The notes under the pieces were generated by a model that saw only the letters and a program-made list of their open reading frames with translations, had not been told where the DNA came from and did no database searches. From IMG/VR virus record IMGVR_UViG_3300029258_003649: a DNA stretch of 64,000 nucleotides, one strand, 5' to 3'. The stretch comes from an uncultured virus (IMG/VR IMGVR_UViG_3300029258_003649) (taxonomy: Duplodnaviria > Heunggongvirae > Uroviricota > Caudoviricetes). Shown piece after piece: positions 27,941 to 37,900 of this stretch. The position numbers and the translations under genes are program-made. Position 1 is the stretch's first letter. Each line of letters starts with the position of its first letter.

Positions 27941-28651
27941 GTGTACGACTCCGGTATCATCTACCTGATGCGACACTGTTCGACTCCGAACGACGAGTTG
28001 AACTACCCGAAGCTCGTAGGCCAGAAACGGCTACAGCATTGGTGCGGCAACTGCATGCCCGACTACTACCTTTCGGAAGCAGGCACGCAGCATGCCAAGA
28101 TGCTGGCGGATTATTTCGCCAACAAAGACATAACGGCTGTTTACTCCAGCACGCTTCCAGAAGCGGTGGAGACGGCGGCCTGGATCGGCAACCAGATTGA
28201 CAACCTGGGCGTGCTTGCGTACGACTCAGCGTTGCAGGAAGCCGACATGGGAGAGTGGGACGGACTCGAGTGGGACGAGATCAAACGGGACGACTATGAG
28301 CGGTATGGTAGTTTCCTGCGAGATCCCGGCACCTACGGCTTTCCGAATGGGGAAACATATTCGGAACTGTGCCGCAGGGGCCTCGCGTTCGTCGAGAAGG
28401 TTTCGCGTGAACATGCAGGGGAGCGAATCCTGTTGGTCTCGCATAGCGAGCTGAACAGGGCGGTGTTGGCGGCGTTATGCCAATTACCGTTGCAACGCGT
28501 CCGGGAGATCGACCAAGACCCCGGAGGCATCAACCTGATCCGTGTTTTTCGCGGGCACATGGAGCTTCAGGCAGTCAACTACACCAACGAGTTTGAACTG
28601 GCGGAGCTCGAGGAGGAAGACGATGAGACTTGTATTCACCCGACCGTGTGA
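27941..28651 (+). CDS. Histidine phosphatase (PGM/CobC-like)
   Basis: IYLMRH, VYSS...AVETA, LQEADMGEWDG, GET, LLVSH. Confidence 0.9.
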   Translation: MYDSGIIYLMRHCSTPNDELNYPKLVGQKRLQHWCGNCMPDYYLSEAGTQHAKMLADYFANKDITAVYSSTLPEAVETAAWIGNQIDNLGVLAYDSALQEADMGEWDGLEWDEIKRDDYERYGSFLRDPGTYGFPNGETYSELCRRGLAFVEKVSREHAGERILLVSHSELNRAVLAALCQLPLQRVREIDQDPGGINLIRVFRGHMELQAVNYTNEFELAELEEEDDETCIHPTV

Positions 28652-28862
28652 GGTTGCCGTCCGTACTCCCGAAGGGGATATGACGCGGTTCACCTTCGGC
28701 GTTGGCGAAGTCTGCTTCGTCGAGCCGGTATGCGAAGTCGTCACTCTTGAGGCCCGGCCTTGGGAGCAGACGAGAGATTTTACGTTGGTCGATGGCACCG
28801 TCCTTATCGGCGTGCCGACCGACGCGTTCATGATGGAGTTTGAGGATGCTCATTGCGTTTGA
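28623..28862 (+). CDS. Hypothetical protein
   Basis: GAGGAGG SD; beta-rich 79 aa. Confidence 0.6.
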   Translation: MRLVFTRPCEVAVRTPEGDMTRFTFGVGEVCFVEPVCEVVTLEARPWEQTRDFTLVDGTVLIGVPTDAFMMEFEDAHCV

Positions 28863-29499
28863 AGGCATCGACGGTAGCGGCAAGGCCACACAGGCCGAAA
28901 TGCTACGAGGAGCGATGCACCTGAGTCAGCGTGCAGCCACGCTGATGAGTTTTCCGATGTACGACTCGACGATGTTCGGGCCGCACATCAAGACATATCT
29001 GCGGGGAGGGTTCGGCCCTATCGACCAGAACGACCCGTTCCTGGTCTCCCTGCTGTACGGCCTCGACCGGTTCGAGGCGCTGCCGCTAATCCGGCGTTAC
29101 CAGCACGCAGAGCACCATATCATCTTCGATCGATATGTGCCTTCCAATATTGCTCACCAGTGCAGCAAGCGGGCCAAATTGGCCCCTGACAACTGGAAAG
29201 AGCTAGCCAGCCAGATCGAGCGGGTGGAGTACGACTTGCTAAAACTCCCCCGCCCAGATCTGGTCTTCTACCTGGACCTCACCGCTGAGCAGTCCTACCG
29301 AATCACGCATGAGCGTGACGATGAAAAAGACATCCACCAGGACGACATCGACTACCTGTGGTGGGTCCGCGAGGTTTACCTCGAATACGCCAGTTCTCAC
29401 GATAACTGGCACGTGATACAATGCTTCGACGAACAAGGACGCAGAAGCGTCGAAGATATCCACAAACAGATCTGGACGATCTTTACCACACAGGAGTAG
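28846..29499 (+). CDS. tmk: Thymidylate kinase
   Basis: IAFEGIDGSGKATQ, FP.Y, DRY..SN.AHQ, PDLVFYLD. Confidence 0.93.
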   Translation: MLIAFEGIDGSGKATQAEMLRGAMHLSQRAATLMSFPMYDSTMFGPHIKTYLRGGFGPIDQNDPFLVSLLYGLDRFEALPLIRRYQHAEHHIIFDRYVPSNIAHQCSKRAKLAPDNWKELASQIERVEYDLLKLPRPDLVFYLDLTAEQSYRITHERDDEKDIHQDDIDYLWWVREVYLEYASSHDNWHVIQCFDEQGRRSVEDIHKQIWTIFTTQE

Positions 29500-29503
29500 A
29501 CCG

Positions 29504-29734
29504 ATGGCCGACATTCTCGACCGTATCCTACATAAGCTGCCCGGTGACGATGACGAAGGAAAGTCGGAGACCAGGGTCATGACAGTACGCATGCCGGCGA
29601 CGTTGCACGCGGCCCTCAAGGACGAGGCCCGTGCGCGTAAGACCTCGGCCAACAAGCTCGCTGTTGCGAAGCTAAGTGTGAAGGCGGAAAGCCTCGACAA
29701 AGTCGCAGTGCTGGTACAAAGAGAGAATACGTGA
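29504..29734 (+). CDS. Ribbon-helix-helix DNA-binding protein (HicB C-terminal-like)
   Basis: MTVRMPATLHAALKDEARARKTSANKL; AGGAG SD. Confidence 0.8.
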   Translation: MADILDRILHKLPGDDDEGKSETRVMTVRMPATLHAALKDEARARKTSANKLAVAKLSVKAESLDKVAVLVQRENT

Positions 29735-31260
29735 TCTGGATCCCGATTATCGTCTCATTGCTTCTGGCAATGGTGACGGTCGGCATCTTTCGTAAGATGC
29801 TGGACGTAAAGGCCGCGCTGATCGACCGCGAGTTCGATCGGCATCAGCGGCTGATCGAATCAAACCGTCGGCTTTCTGAGCGCAACTACGACAACGGTAA
29901 CGCGTTTCAGGATACGCTCGACGAACACCGACGGTCTTTACACAATCTCGGTCATTCTCGGACCGAGATAGAGCAGGCGCAGCGTGCGTCTGCTGCTGCG
30001 ATTCGAAGTCTTGAGCAGCGGTCTAGCACCCACGAGGCGCGCATCAACCACTGCGATCACGCGATCATGGCGCTTCCGTCAGCGGGGCCACTCACCATCC
30101 GGTCGATGCACGATGCCATCGAGTCGCTGCGTGCGCGGATCGACACCGTGGCCGCGTCCCACAACGTCGACGGTACCGTCATTTCGGAATGGCGTGATGA
30201 GCTTAGGGCCGTGACCCAACGGAACCGTCTCGACATTGCGCGAATGGCCAACGCCACGTCCGTTGCGCTCGAGCTCCATGCGCGGGCCCTTGAGGCCCTT
30301 GAGGCCCTTGAGGATTACCTTGACGACAGCGACCCGGATGCCCCGCACAGGGAGTCGAAAGAGGAGCGGCAAAGTGAGCTGTTCTATCGGATCAACGCCA
30401 TTACCCGCGTTTTTACGGAGAACAGCCATGCGCCGGACGAAGGCAACCATCTCGCAGAGCTCTTGGAAGCGTACCTGCACGACTACCTGCCGTATCATCG
30501 GCGTACAGAGGTCGAGATGGATCTCATCGCTGCCACGGAGCTCCAGGAGTCCTTTGCAGAGGCGTGCCAGGGCTTGATGGTCTCGGGCCCGCCACTGCAG
30601 GGCCTGCCCGGTCCCGTCGATTTAGACGGTACGCTGCCCGACCCCGTCGATTTAGACGGTAATCCAGCCTTCGCGGACGGTCACGCCGCTGCCGCCAACG
30701 AGGAGTTTCGTCAACGCATAATGCGGGACCTGGATGAGCGTATCATTCGCGACATCAACGCTGTGAACGCGAACGGCGTGTTCTCCGGCGAGACCGGCGA
30801 GGAGAATGTCGGCGGCATCACCCGCGACACGGTCGCCGAGGCGCTGCAGTCGCTGCCTGCGCGTGACGTGTCTGAGATGCCGGTGGAGACGGTGTCGGAG
30901 ATCCTGCGTAACGGTTGGTACGACGGCCCGCGCGGCGTCGATCAGCTTAGGACGCCTGCGAATCCCTACGCCATCGACAGCAATATCGACTCGATCGAAC
31001 CGTGGTCGCACCATCTCGATGCCGGCGGCGGCGACTACGTCCTCGACAATGTCCGTACAGCGCGGATCGTAGCCGATCGGATCGTTCTCGACGCCAGACA
31101 GGTTATCATCCACAACGGTGTCCTCCGACGGACATTCTCGGACGACTTCGATGTCAGTACGCTCGAGGGCACGGACCTTGCTCGGGATGTCGGTGCGGAA
31201 GCTGCCACTGATGCCGAGCTAAATGGCCGTACCCCGCGCGGGGTAAGGTTCCGAGAATAA
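29731..31260 (+). CDS. Membrane-anchored, lysine-depleted coiled-coil protein
   Basis: N-terminal TM; 3 Lys in 509 aa; ends RTPRGVRFRE. Confidence 0.75.
   Translation: MIWIPIIVSLLLAMVTVGIFRKMLDVKAALIDREFDRHQRLIESNRRLSERNYDNGNAFQDTLDEHRRSLHNLGHSRTEIEQAQRASAAAIRSLEQRSSTHEARINHCDHAIMALPSAGPLTIRSMHDAIESLRARIDTVAASHNVDGTVISEWRDELRAVTQRNRLDIARMANATSVALELHARALEALEALEDYLDDSDPDAPHRESKEERQSELFYRINAITRVFTENSHAPDEGNHLAELLEAYLHDYLPYHRRTEVEMDLIAATELQESFAEACQGLMVSGPPLQGLPGPVDLDGTLPDPVDLDGNPAFADGHAAAANEEFRQRIMRDLDERIIRDINAVNANGVFSGETGEENVGGITRDTVAEALQSLPARDVSEMPVETVSEILRNGWYDGPRGVDQLRTPANPYAIDSNIDSIEPWSHHLDAGGGDYVLDNVRTARIVADRIVLDARQVIIHNGVLRRTFSDDFDVSTLEGTDLARDVGAEAATDAELNGRTPRGVRFRE
30604..30661 (+). repeat. 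Tandem duplication with 30-nt period (LPxPVDLDG x2)
   Basis: cccgtcgatttagacggta twice. Confidence 0.8.
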
Positions 31261-31286
31261 GCTATGATTGATAGCATCAGCACGCC

Positions 31287-31316
31287 TTCACATTCATGCT
31301 CGCAATCGGGTATAAC
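31287..31316 (+). promoter_or_regulatory. Sigma70-like promoter TTCACA-18-TATAAC
   Basis: Near-consensus hexamers directly upstream of the GGA-rich leader. Confidence 0.5.
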
Positions 31317-31321
31317 GAGGG

Positions 31322-31627
31322 CAGGGATAATGCAGGGATGCACTCGACGGCAAGGACGCCGAATCCCGAACTGTTTTCTAGGTGATCTAGTCAAGCCACT
31401 GACCGGTAATGGAAGGCATTCATCCGACCACGGACGCGAGGATTTGCCTGAGAAAAGTCGTGCCATAGAATTGCTGAGGTACGATTGGTGGAGCGGTAGA
31501 CGTGGCCTCGGTCTACTGCGAGGTGGAAGTCGTGAGACTGAAGCACGGAGCTTCCGGAGAGGGGAACCGGAGGTAGATTACCAAGGAGCAGAGCTGCATG
31601 TTAACTCAGGGCAAGGAGGCCACGATT
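31322..31627 (+). ncRNA. Structured GGA-rich RNA: CsrA-binding leader of the holin operon or CsrB/RsmZ-like sponge
   Basis: Seven CANGGA motifs, four in hairpin loops: TGC-AGGGAT-GCA, CGGC-AAGGAC-GCCG, GAAGC-ACGGA-GCTTC, GGC-AAGGAG-GCC (the SD). Confidence 0.6.
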
Positions 31628-31981
31628 ATGCCTTTTCGCGGTGCTGACCCGATTTGGATTTTCTTGTCGGCCTTTGCGATCTCATCTTTCGGCGGAATCG
31701 CTGCCAAGCTGCGCGGCCACGAAGAACTCACGTGGCGCGGCGTGATCGGTGCGTTTCTGTATTCTGGGATCATCGGGCTAATCGTCGCACTCGCCTGGTA
31801 CGAGTACTTTGACGGCAAGAACAACATACCGTTCCTCTTGGCCATTTCCGGCCTAGCGGGTATAGGTGGGGCAAACGTCCTCGACATTTTGAAGATGTTC
31901 ATCAAGGGCAAGGTGAACGTCTCAGTTGAGGGGGTGCAAGACGATGACCCCGGCCCTGGAGACGAACCAGATGACAACTAA
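31628..31981 (+). CDS. Putative holin (3 TM, LydA/lambda-like)
   Basis: FGGIA, SGIIGL, AISGLAGIGG hydrophobic segments; acidic C-terminal tail. Confidence 0.7.
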   Translation: MPFRGADPIWIFLSAFAISSFGGIAAKLRGHEELTWRGVIGAFLYSGIIGLIVALAWYEYFDGKNNIPFLLAISGLAGIGGANVLDILKMFIKGKVNVSVEGVQDDDPGPGDEPDDN

Positions 31982-32525
31982 GCTGCGAAAGCGTTTGTCG
32001 TGGATGGTATACGGCTTCATGCTTCTGTTTGTGGTCTGCGCTGGCGCAATGCTGCAGAACGCCCAGAGCCAGTACGAAGCGGCACATCACGATGCGCTCA
32101 TGTGGAAGGACGTGATCGACCACGTTCCGACCGGCCTCGTCGTCACCGACGACAAGGGATACATTATCGCCTGGAACAACGGCGCAAAAGACTTGCTCGG
32201 CTGGGAAGAGCAGGAGGTGGCAGACCACCACATCAGGTTTCTTATGACCGATGAGGACCTCAAGCACGCCCACGACCACATCTTCGACCGGGTCGACGAC
32301 TACGACGGCTGCCTCGACGAAGAGGGCCAGATCGTCCGATCGGTGTGCTGGGTGCCTACCAAGGATGGCGAGATGCGGGAGGTACGCGTCCGCGTACTCT
32401 GCGTGAAGAACAGCCATCACTGCTTTCTGGTACACATTGAACCCGAGGAGCGGCTCGCTCCGTTGCAGCGCCAGGAACGTCCAGACGAAAAGACGTTCAG
32501 GCTGCATCTGCAGCTCCGCAAATAG
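31971..32525 (+). CDS. Membrane-anchored PAS-domain protein
   Basis: TM, then IDHVPTGLVVTDDKGYIIAWNNGAKDLLGW...EV, TKDG. Confidence 0.82.
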   Translation: MTTKLRKRLSWMVYGFMLLFVVCAGAMLQNAQSQYEAAHHDALMWKDVIDHVPTGLVVTDDKGYIIAWNNGAKDLLGWEEQEVADHHIRFLMTDEDLKHAHDHIFDRVDDYDGCLDEEGQIVRSVCWVPTKDGEMREVRVRVLCVKNSHHCFLVHIEPEERLAPLQRQERPDEKTFRLHLQLRK

Positions 32526-32527
32526 CA

Positions 32528-34054
32528 ATGTCTATTCAGTCTGAGGCGCTTGACCTGTTCAAGAAGGCCGCTGCCGCGTCGTCGCCGCAGCTCAAGGGCA
32601 AGCTCTATCTATCCAGCACGGGCTGGTTGATGCTCCAGGTGCCGAACTCCCTCGGCCGGGGTATCTTTGATGCCATGAACGAACCTGGTATCGAATTGCC
32701 CGTAAGTGATACAACGGAGCAGTACAACGCTCACATCAGTGTGATGCGGCCAGAGGAGATCGCGGAGATCGGCGGGCCCAATCGCATAACGGAGCGCGGT
32801 CACGAGTTCAGCTACTCACTCGGCAAGATGAAGGACTTCAATCCGACCGGCTGGCCGGAGATGACCCGATGCTGGGTGGTAGAAGTGCGGAGCCCAGAGC
32901 TCGAGAAGCTTCGAAAGAGCTACGGGCTCAGCGCGATACCGAATGAGGGAAAGTACAAATTCCACATCACGGTAGCCGTACGTCGCGCGAAGGTCTTGGG
33001 TGATAACGAAGTGGCCAAGGCCAGCGAAAAGCACAACCCCGTCGAGAAGACCGACGGGATCACGCTGACCGACAAACCGGGTACCCATCTTCTCAAAGCT
33101 GGAGGGTCACATGAGCATGACCAAGGAGCAGATGGAACGGGAGGCGAGGCGCAGAGCTTTTGTGTACATCGAGCAGCGACTGGACTTCCGCCCAACCCTG
33201 CTGAAAAAGTGGGAGGATCAGGACTACGACCTGTTCCGGGCGACGCTGCGACACATCATGCCGCTGATCATGGAGGAACGGCGACTACAGGCGCTGCACA
33301 GGCAGGAGCAGGCGGAAGCGAAAAGCGAGCGGAAAGCCCTGATCTTTCGTCGGTGTTTCGACGTCATGTTGGTCCTTTCGCTAACAGCGATGTTGCTGGG
33401 GACCTGGTTAAATATGCCAAAGTGACACCAGCGCAGGCCATTGCCCGCGCCGCACGCCGCGCCGTCGCCCCCAAATCTGAAGCGCAGGCCGAAGCCGGTA
33501 ACTACCGGAAGGGCCACGCTTCGCTTCACGGGCTCCGCGTCGCGATCGAGAACCCGCGCGGCAGCACCCGGTCCGGCGTCGGTCCGACCGGGAAGAAGTG
33601 GGAAACCACGATGAGCCACCACTACGGTTACATCAACCGTACCGAGGACCTGGACGGCGATCACGTCGACATCTTCATCGGTCCGCATCCGGAGGCAGAG
33701 CTCGTCTACGTGGTGGATCAGGTCGATCCGTCCACCAAGAAGTTCGACGAGCACAAGTGCATGCTCGGATTCCTGACGCTCGACGAGGCCCGTAAGGGCT
33801 ACATGGACAACTACGAGAAGAACTGGAAGGGCCTTGGTGCGATCACGCCTGTCACGATGCAGCAGTTCCGCGAGTGGCTCAGCGAGGGAAGTCAACGCCG
33901 GCCGATCGAGTCGCAGACGTTCAAGATGAAGAAGAAGGCCGGAGACGACGCGTCTGTGCTGGTCCTGCAGAAGGACACGACGCGGTTCATTTTCCCGGAA
34001 GGTGGCACGGATGCGCAAACACGAGCTGACAATAGTGACGGGGGCGAGCAGTAA
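32528..34054 (+). CDS. Polyprotein-like: 2H phosphoesterase + phage inorganic-pyrophosphatase-like domain
   Basis: HISV/HITV dyad; QAEAGNYRKGH...IENPRGS.RSG...HYGYI...DGDHVD...FDEHKCMLGF; KKA/KAS/KYA/KKA at the domain edges. Confidence 0.8.
   Translation: MSIQSEALDLFKKAAAASSPQLKGKLYLSSTGWLMLQVPNSLGRGIFDAMNEPGIELPVSDTTEQYNAHISVMRPEEIAEIGGPNRITERGHEFSYSLGKMKDFNPTGWPEMTRCWVVEVRSPELEKLRKSYGLSAIPNEGKYKFHITVAVRRAKVLGDNEVAKASEKHNPVEKTDGITLTDKPGTHLLKAGGSHEHDQGADGTGGEAQSFCVHRAATGLPPNPAEKVGGSGLRPVPGDAATHHAADHGGTATTGAAQAGAGGSEKRAESPDLSSVFRRHVGPFANSDVAGDLVKYAKVTPAQAIARAARRAVAPKSEAQAEAGNYRKGHASLHGLRVAIENPRGSTRSGVGPTGKKWETTMSHHYGYINRTEDLDGDHVDIFIGPHPEAELVYVVDQVDPSTKKFDEHKCMLGFLTLDEARKGYMDNYEKNWKGLGAITPVTMQQFREWLSEGSQRRPIESQTFKMKKKAGDDASVLVLQKDTTRFIFPEGGTDAQTRADNSDGGEQ
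33111..33425 (+). CDS. Nested +1-frame gene, small protein with C-terminal TM
   Basis: GGAGG SD; G/C-ending codons in this frame; lies in the linker of 32528..34054. Confidence 0.6.
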   Translation: MSMTKEQMEREARRRAFVYIEQRLDFRPTLLKKWEDQDYDLFRATLRHIMPLIMEERRLQALHRQEQAEAKSERKALIFRRCFDVMLVLSLTAMLLGTWLNMPK

Positions 34055-34886
34055 TCACTTCCTCTGCGTGAAGCGACTGCTCCCGACCGTCCTCAAGCAC
34101 GAGGCCGATGCTGCCAACATGGTGGTGTACGATCTCGGTCTAGCATCCAGCGAAGTTGCAGATCTTGCCCACAACTGGCCGGACACCATCTACCGCAAGT
34201 TCGACTTCGACTCGTACCCGCAGCACTTCAAGATGGGGCAGTCCGGGCGGTTCTTCGCCGGCTCGTACGCGTGGAAGCCCGTGATCGTTGCCGACATCAT
34301 GGACGAGTTCGGCGGGCTGGTGCTGTGGCTCGACTCCAGCTGCGTGCTTACGGAGCCGCTGACCCAGGTCCGTAGCGCGTTGAAGAAGGACGGGCTGTAC
34401 GTGCCGACCAACCCGTGCCGCCACACCATTGCGCAGCTCACGCACCGCGGCACGATGCAATACCTGAACGCCAGCGCGCGTGTCTGCAACACCAGACAGA
34501 AGGACGCCAGCACCGTCGGCGTCGACGCCAACAACTCGTGGGGCCGCGACATCATTTACGCTTGGCGCGATTGTGCCATGGACCCCGACTGCATCGTGCC
34601 GGTCGGATCCAGCCGGCGGAATCACAGGCAGGATCAGTCGGTCATCTCGATCCTGGCGTACCAGCTGTGCGAGTGCCTGCAACGCCCGATCGAGTCGCGC
34701 CGATTGCAGACGCGTCACCTGTCGGACGTGCGTGGGCCAGGAAATAAAGCACGCACCGTCGTGCGGTCGGGTCAGCGCGAAATGCCTAAGAAAGCCGGGA
34801 AAGCACACTCCGGACCGAAGCCGCATGGTGGCAGTGATCGCAACTGGAAGCGCGCACGGCTGCGAAAACGGGGATTTCGCGCATAG
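34011..34886 (+). CDS. DUF1647-like putative glycosyltransferase
   Basis: VTGASSNHF, YDLGL, YAWKP, LWLDSS, NHRQDQS. Confidence 0.8.
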   Translation: MRKHELTIVTGASSNHFLCVKRLLPTVLKHEADAANMVVYDLGLASSEVADLAHNWPDTIYRKFDFDSYPQHFKMGQSGRFFAGSYAWKPVIVADIMDEFGGLVLWLDSSCVLTEPLTQVRSALKKDGLYVPTNPCRHTIAQLTHRGTMQYLNASARVCNTRQKDASTVGVDANNSWGRDIIYAWRDCAMDPDCIVPVGSSRRNHRQDQSVISILAYQLCECLQRPIESRRLQTRHLSDVRGPGNKARTVVRSGQREMPKKAGKAHSGPKPHGGSDRNWKRARLRKRGFRA

Positions 34887-34945
34887 CAAGTTACGCCCCA
34901 TAACTACTATACTGAAAGCAAGCAGAAGGACCGCGAGGACAGGAC

Positions 34946-37900
34946 ATGGAAAAGTCGGCCGGGTTCATGGACATGCTGAAGGCTCTGATCGAGCCACTTG
35001 TACGCAAGTGGGTCGAGAGCAAGGGGCTTGTGCTTGGCCCGTTCCGTCCACAGGGCAGCCTGATGGACCACCTCGAGTCTCAGCAGTTCGAGGACATGAA
35101 GACCAACCTGATGCGCCAGGCCGCGTCTTCCGATCCCGCCCCGCGCAAAATTCTTACCGGACTGGCCACCGCACTCGGCATCGACCCGAAGAACATCGGC
35201 GGTCAGGTCGAAGACCTCACCGAAGGCTATGCCGAGGTCGCGCCGTACTTCCAACGCTGGTCGCCGGAGTGGTGGGACACGCTTCATGGCAGCTCCGGCT
35301 CTACCGCTTCGCTCGCGTCCGCCATCGCCGACGCGCACCGCTACCAGGATATGGACGCTCCGACTGCCGTCGGCATGGCGGAAACGATCTTCGACGAGTT
35401 CTACAGCGACCCGATGAAACACCGCGGCTTCTCCGCGCGAGATCTCGGAAAGATCTACCGGGAGGGTGCGAAGCGAGGTTACTTCCATGTGGGGATGGAT
35501 CCCGACCAGATGGTCGAGGAAATGACGCCTGTCGTTGGCGTCGCCTCGGCTGTCCGGGATTCCATGCCGTCCGACTACGATCGGAGCGACATCGCCGGCA
35601 TCTTCGAAGGCATCGACAAGACGCTCCCGGCGTACGGCAACCAGGGCTGGGGCGAGATGGAGAAGCACATCCGCACCACGAAGCACCTGTCGCCGGAGCG
35701 CGGCGGGCTGATGGCCGCTGCCTTGAGGGACACCCCGCTGACGGGGAGTCGGACCACGCTGCCCGAACTGGAGGCCCAGCACGCCCGTCTGACGCAGCAA
35801 GCCGCAGGCAGCCCGGTAGCCGCCCAGCTCGCTGCAACGTCCAGGATGGTGCAGGACGGGCTCATATCGGAGAATTCTGAGGCTGCCCGGATGCTGGAGG
35901 AAGATCCGGGCGCTCTGGCAGCCATGAACCCCCAGGAATGGGTGGCAGAGGTGGGTCGGGCCGGCGTTGATCAACAAGTCGCCATGACCATGATGAACCA
36001 GCCAAATGAGCAGCTGATCACGCCGTCGCTGGCACAGGCGATCCGGCAGCAGCAGTACAGCCTGGACATCCAGCCACAGATCGACCAGATGCACCGGGCG
36101 TTCCCGCAGAAGGGAAAGACCTGGGATTCGATCCGCAGCGGTGAGCAAACTCGCATCGCAAAAGGGATGGGCTACAACAACTGGGCCCATCTCCAGCAGC
36201 TTCACGGAAAACCGCTCCAGAACGTACAAAACGTACGAAACCGCGCCCAGCGTCTGGGTCAACAGGAGCAAATGACCTCCCATCTGGCACAGAGTGGGCC
36301 CGTAGAGCGCGTAATTGACGATATTAAGCGCGGGCCGACCATGGGGTCCCTGACGACGTCCTTCTTCAACATCCAACCGATGCAGAAGATGTCGGCCCAC
36401 CAGACCACGATCGCGGTCGACCTGGACGGCACGTTGGCCAAGCAGATGAAGCCGTACGACAACAACAAGGTCGGCGATCCTCGTCCCGGCGCCAAGGAAG
36501 CAATGGAGTTGCTGAAGAAGAAGGGCTGTAAGATCATCATCAACACAGTCCGTGGTAACGACAAGCTCGTCAGCTCGTGGCTGAAGGAGCACGAGATTCC
36601 CTATGACCATATCAACGAGAACCCGGACCAACCGCCGGGAGCCTCCGATAAGCCCCTGGCAGATCTGTACATCGACGACCGTGGCGTCGATGCTCGTCCG
36701 GCCTGGCGAAAGGTCATAGAGAAGGTCGTACCAAGGATCGATCGGATGCGGAAGGAGGGCGCTGAGGAAGTATTGCCGGAAGACATTATGCAGCAGCTGC
36801 TCGATCGGTCCGAGCTCATGGGCTCGCGTGGCCGCGCGTTGAAATATGGCCGGCCGGAGCCAGAAGGCCGTGACTACGATCGGTTCATCTTCACCGATGA
36901 TCCCAACGATCAGCAAGCGATCATGGAGCAGATGCGTTCGTTGGCGCCATTGGGCTATCAGATGCGTGAGCGCCCAGGCGGCATGATGACTGCAGCCAGC
37001 CCGACACAGGACTTCAGCGTCTATCCGACGGCCAAGCGCGACCAGATCCACAAGGCGTGGGAGCTGATCGAAGGCGGGATGACCAAGGACGAGGCGTGGG
37101 ACCAGATCAATAAGCAGGCCGATTATCGCCCCCTGGGAATTCCGGACAAAAAGAACTTCGGTGATCCGTCCAAGCTGGCGGACATCGTCGACATGTTCGT
37201 ACAGAGGCATGATGCCCGCCGCGCAGGCGAGCATTACGACTACCGCGTCGGTTCGCCGGAGACCGGACTGCTTTCATGGGCCACGAAACCCACTGAGCTG
37301 CCGGAGCCCGGACAGAAGCGGTTTATGAGGCAGCAGCCTGTGCATTCGCACTGGTATGGAGACTTCCAGGGTACGATCGGCGGCACCGGTTACGGTGCGG
37401 GCACCGTGCGCCAGGAACAGAAACAGCGTGTGATGATTACCAAGGCGTCGCCGACCAAGCTTGAGTACACGGTCGCGTCGTCTGGTGTGCCTGAACGGTT
37501 CATTCTGCTGAAGCCCGAGAAGTGGGGAGATCGTGACTGGCTACTTATCAATGCAACGCCAAAGGAGGTGATCCCATACGAGAAAGTGCGTTACAAGAAG
37601 GTACCTGCCGAGAACGTCGAACCGCTTCTCGGGCAGATGCAGGAAGGGAGTTCTGTTCAGGCGAAGATCGATGGTGCGTCGTCACTCATCAAACTGATGC
37701 GAAACGGAGCCGAAGTTGTAAGTTACCGCACATCCAAGAAAACCGGACGCCCGATTGTCCATACGGAGCGATTCTTCGGCGGTAGGCCAGAGATGGAGAT
37801 TCCGAAGGAGCTGGTCGGGACAGTATTGAAAGGCGAGATCTATGGAACCCGACCGGATCGAAGCACCCAGCTGCCCTCCGCCCAGCCAGGACGAGCCGTC

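Noticed and set aside
31245..31260. Possible sixth parS-like site (AAGGTTCCGAGAATAA)
   Set aside because: Only the right half matches
31264..31647. 127-aa ORF in the gap before the holin
   Set aside because: No SD, atypical codons, R/G/S-rich; better explained as promoter plus structured leader
34480..35880. 466-aa + strand alternative-frame ORF
   Set aside because: Arg-rich off-frame reading across two well-supported genes
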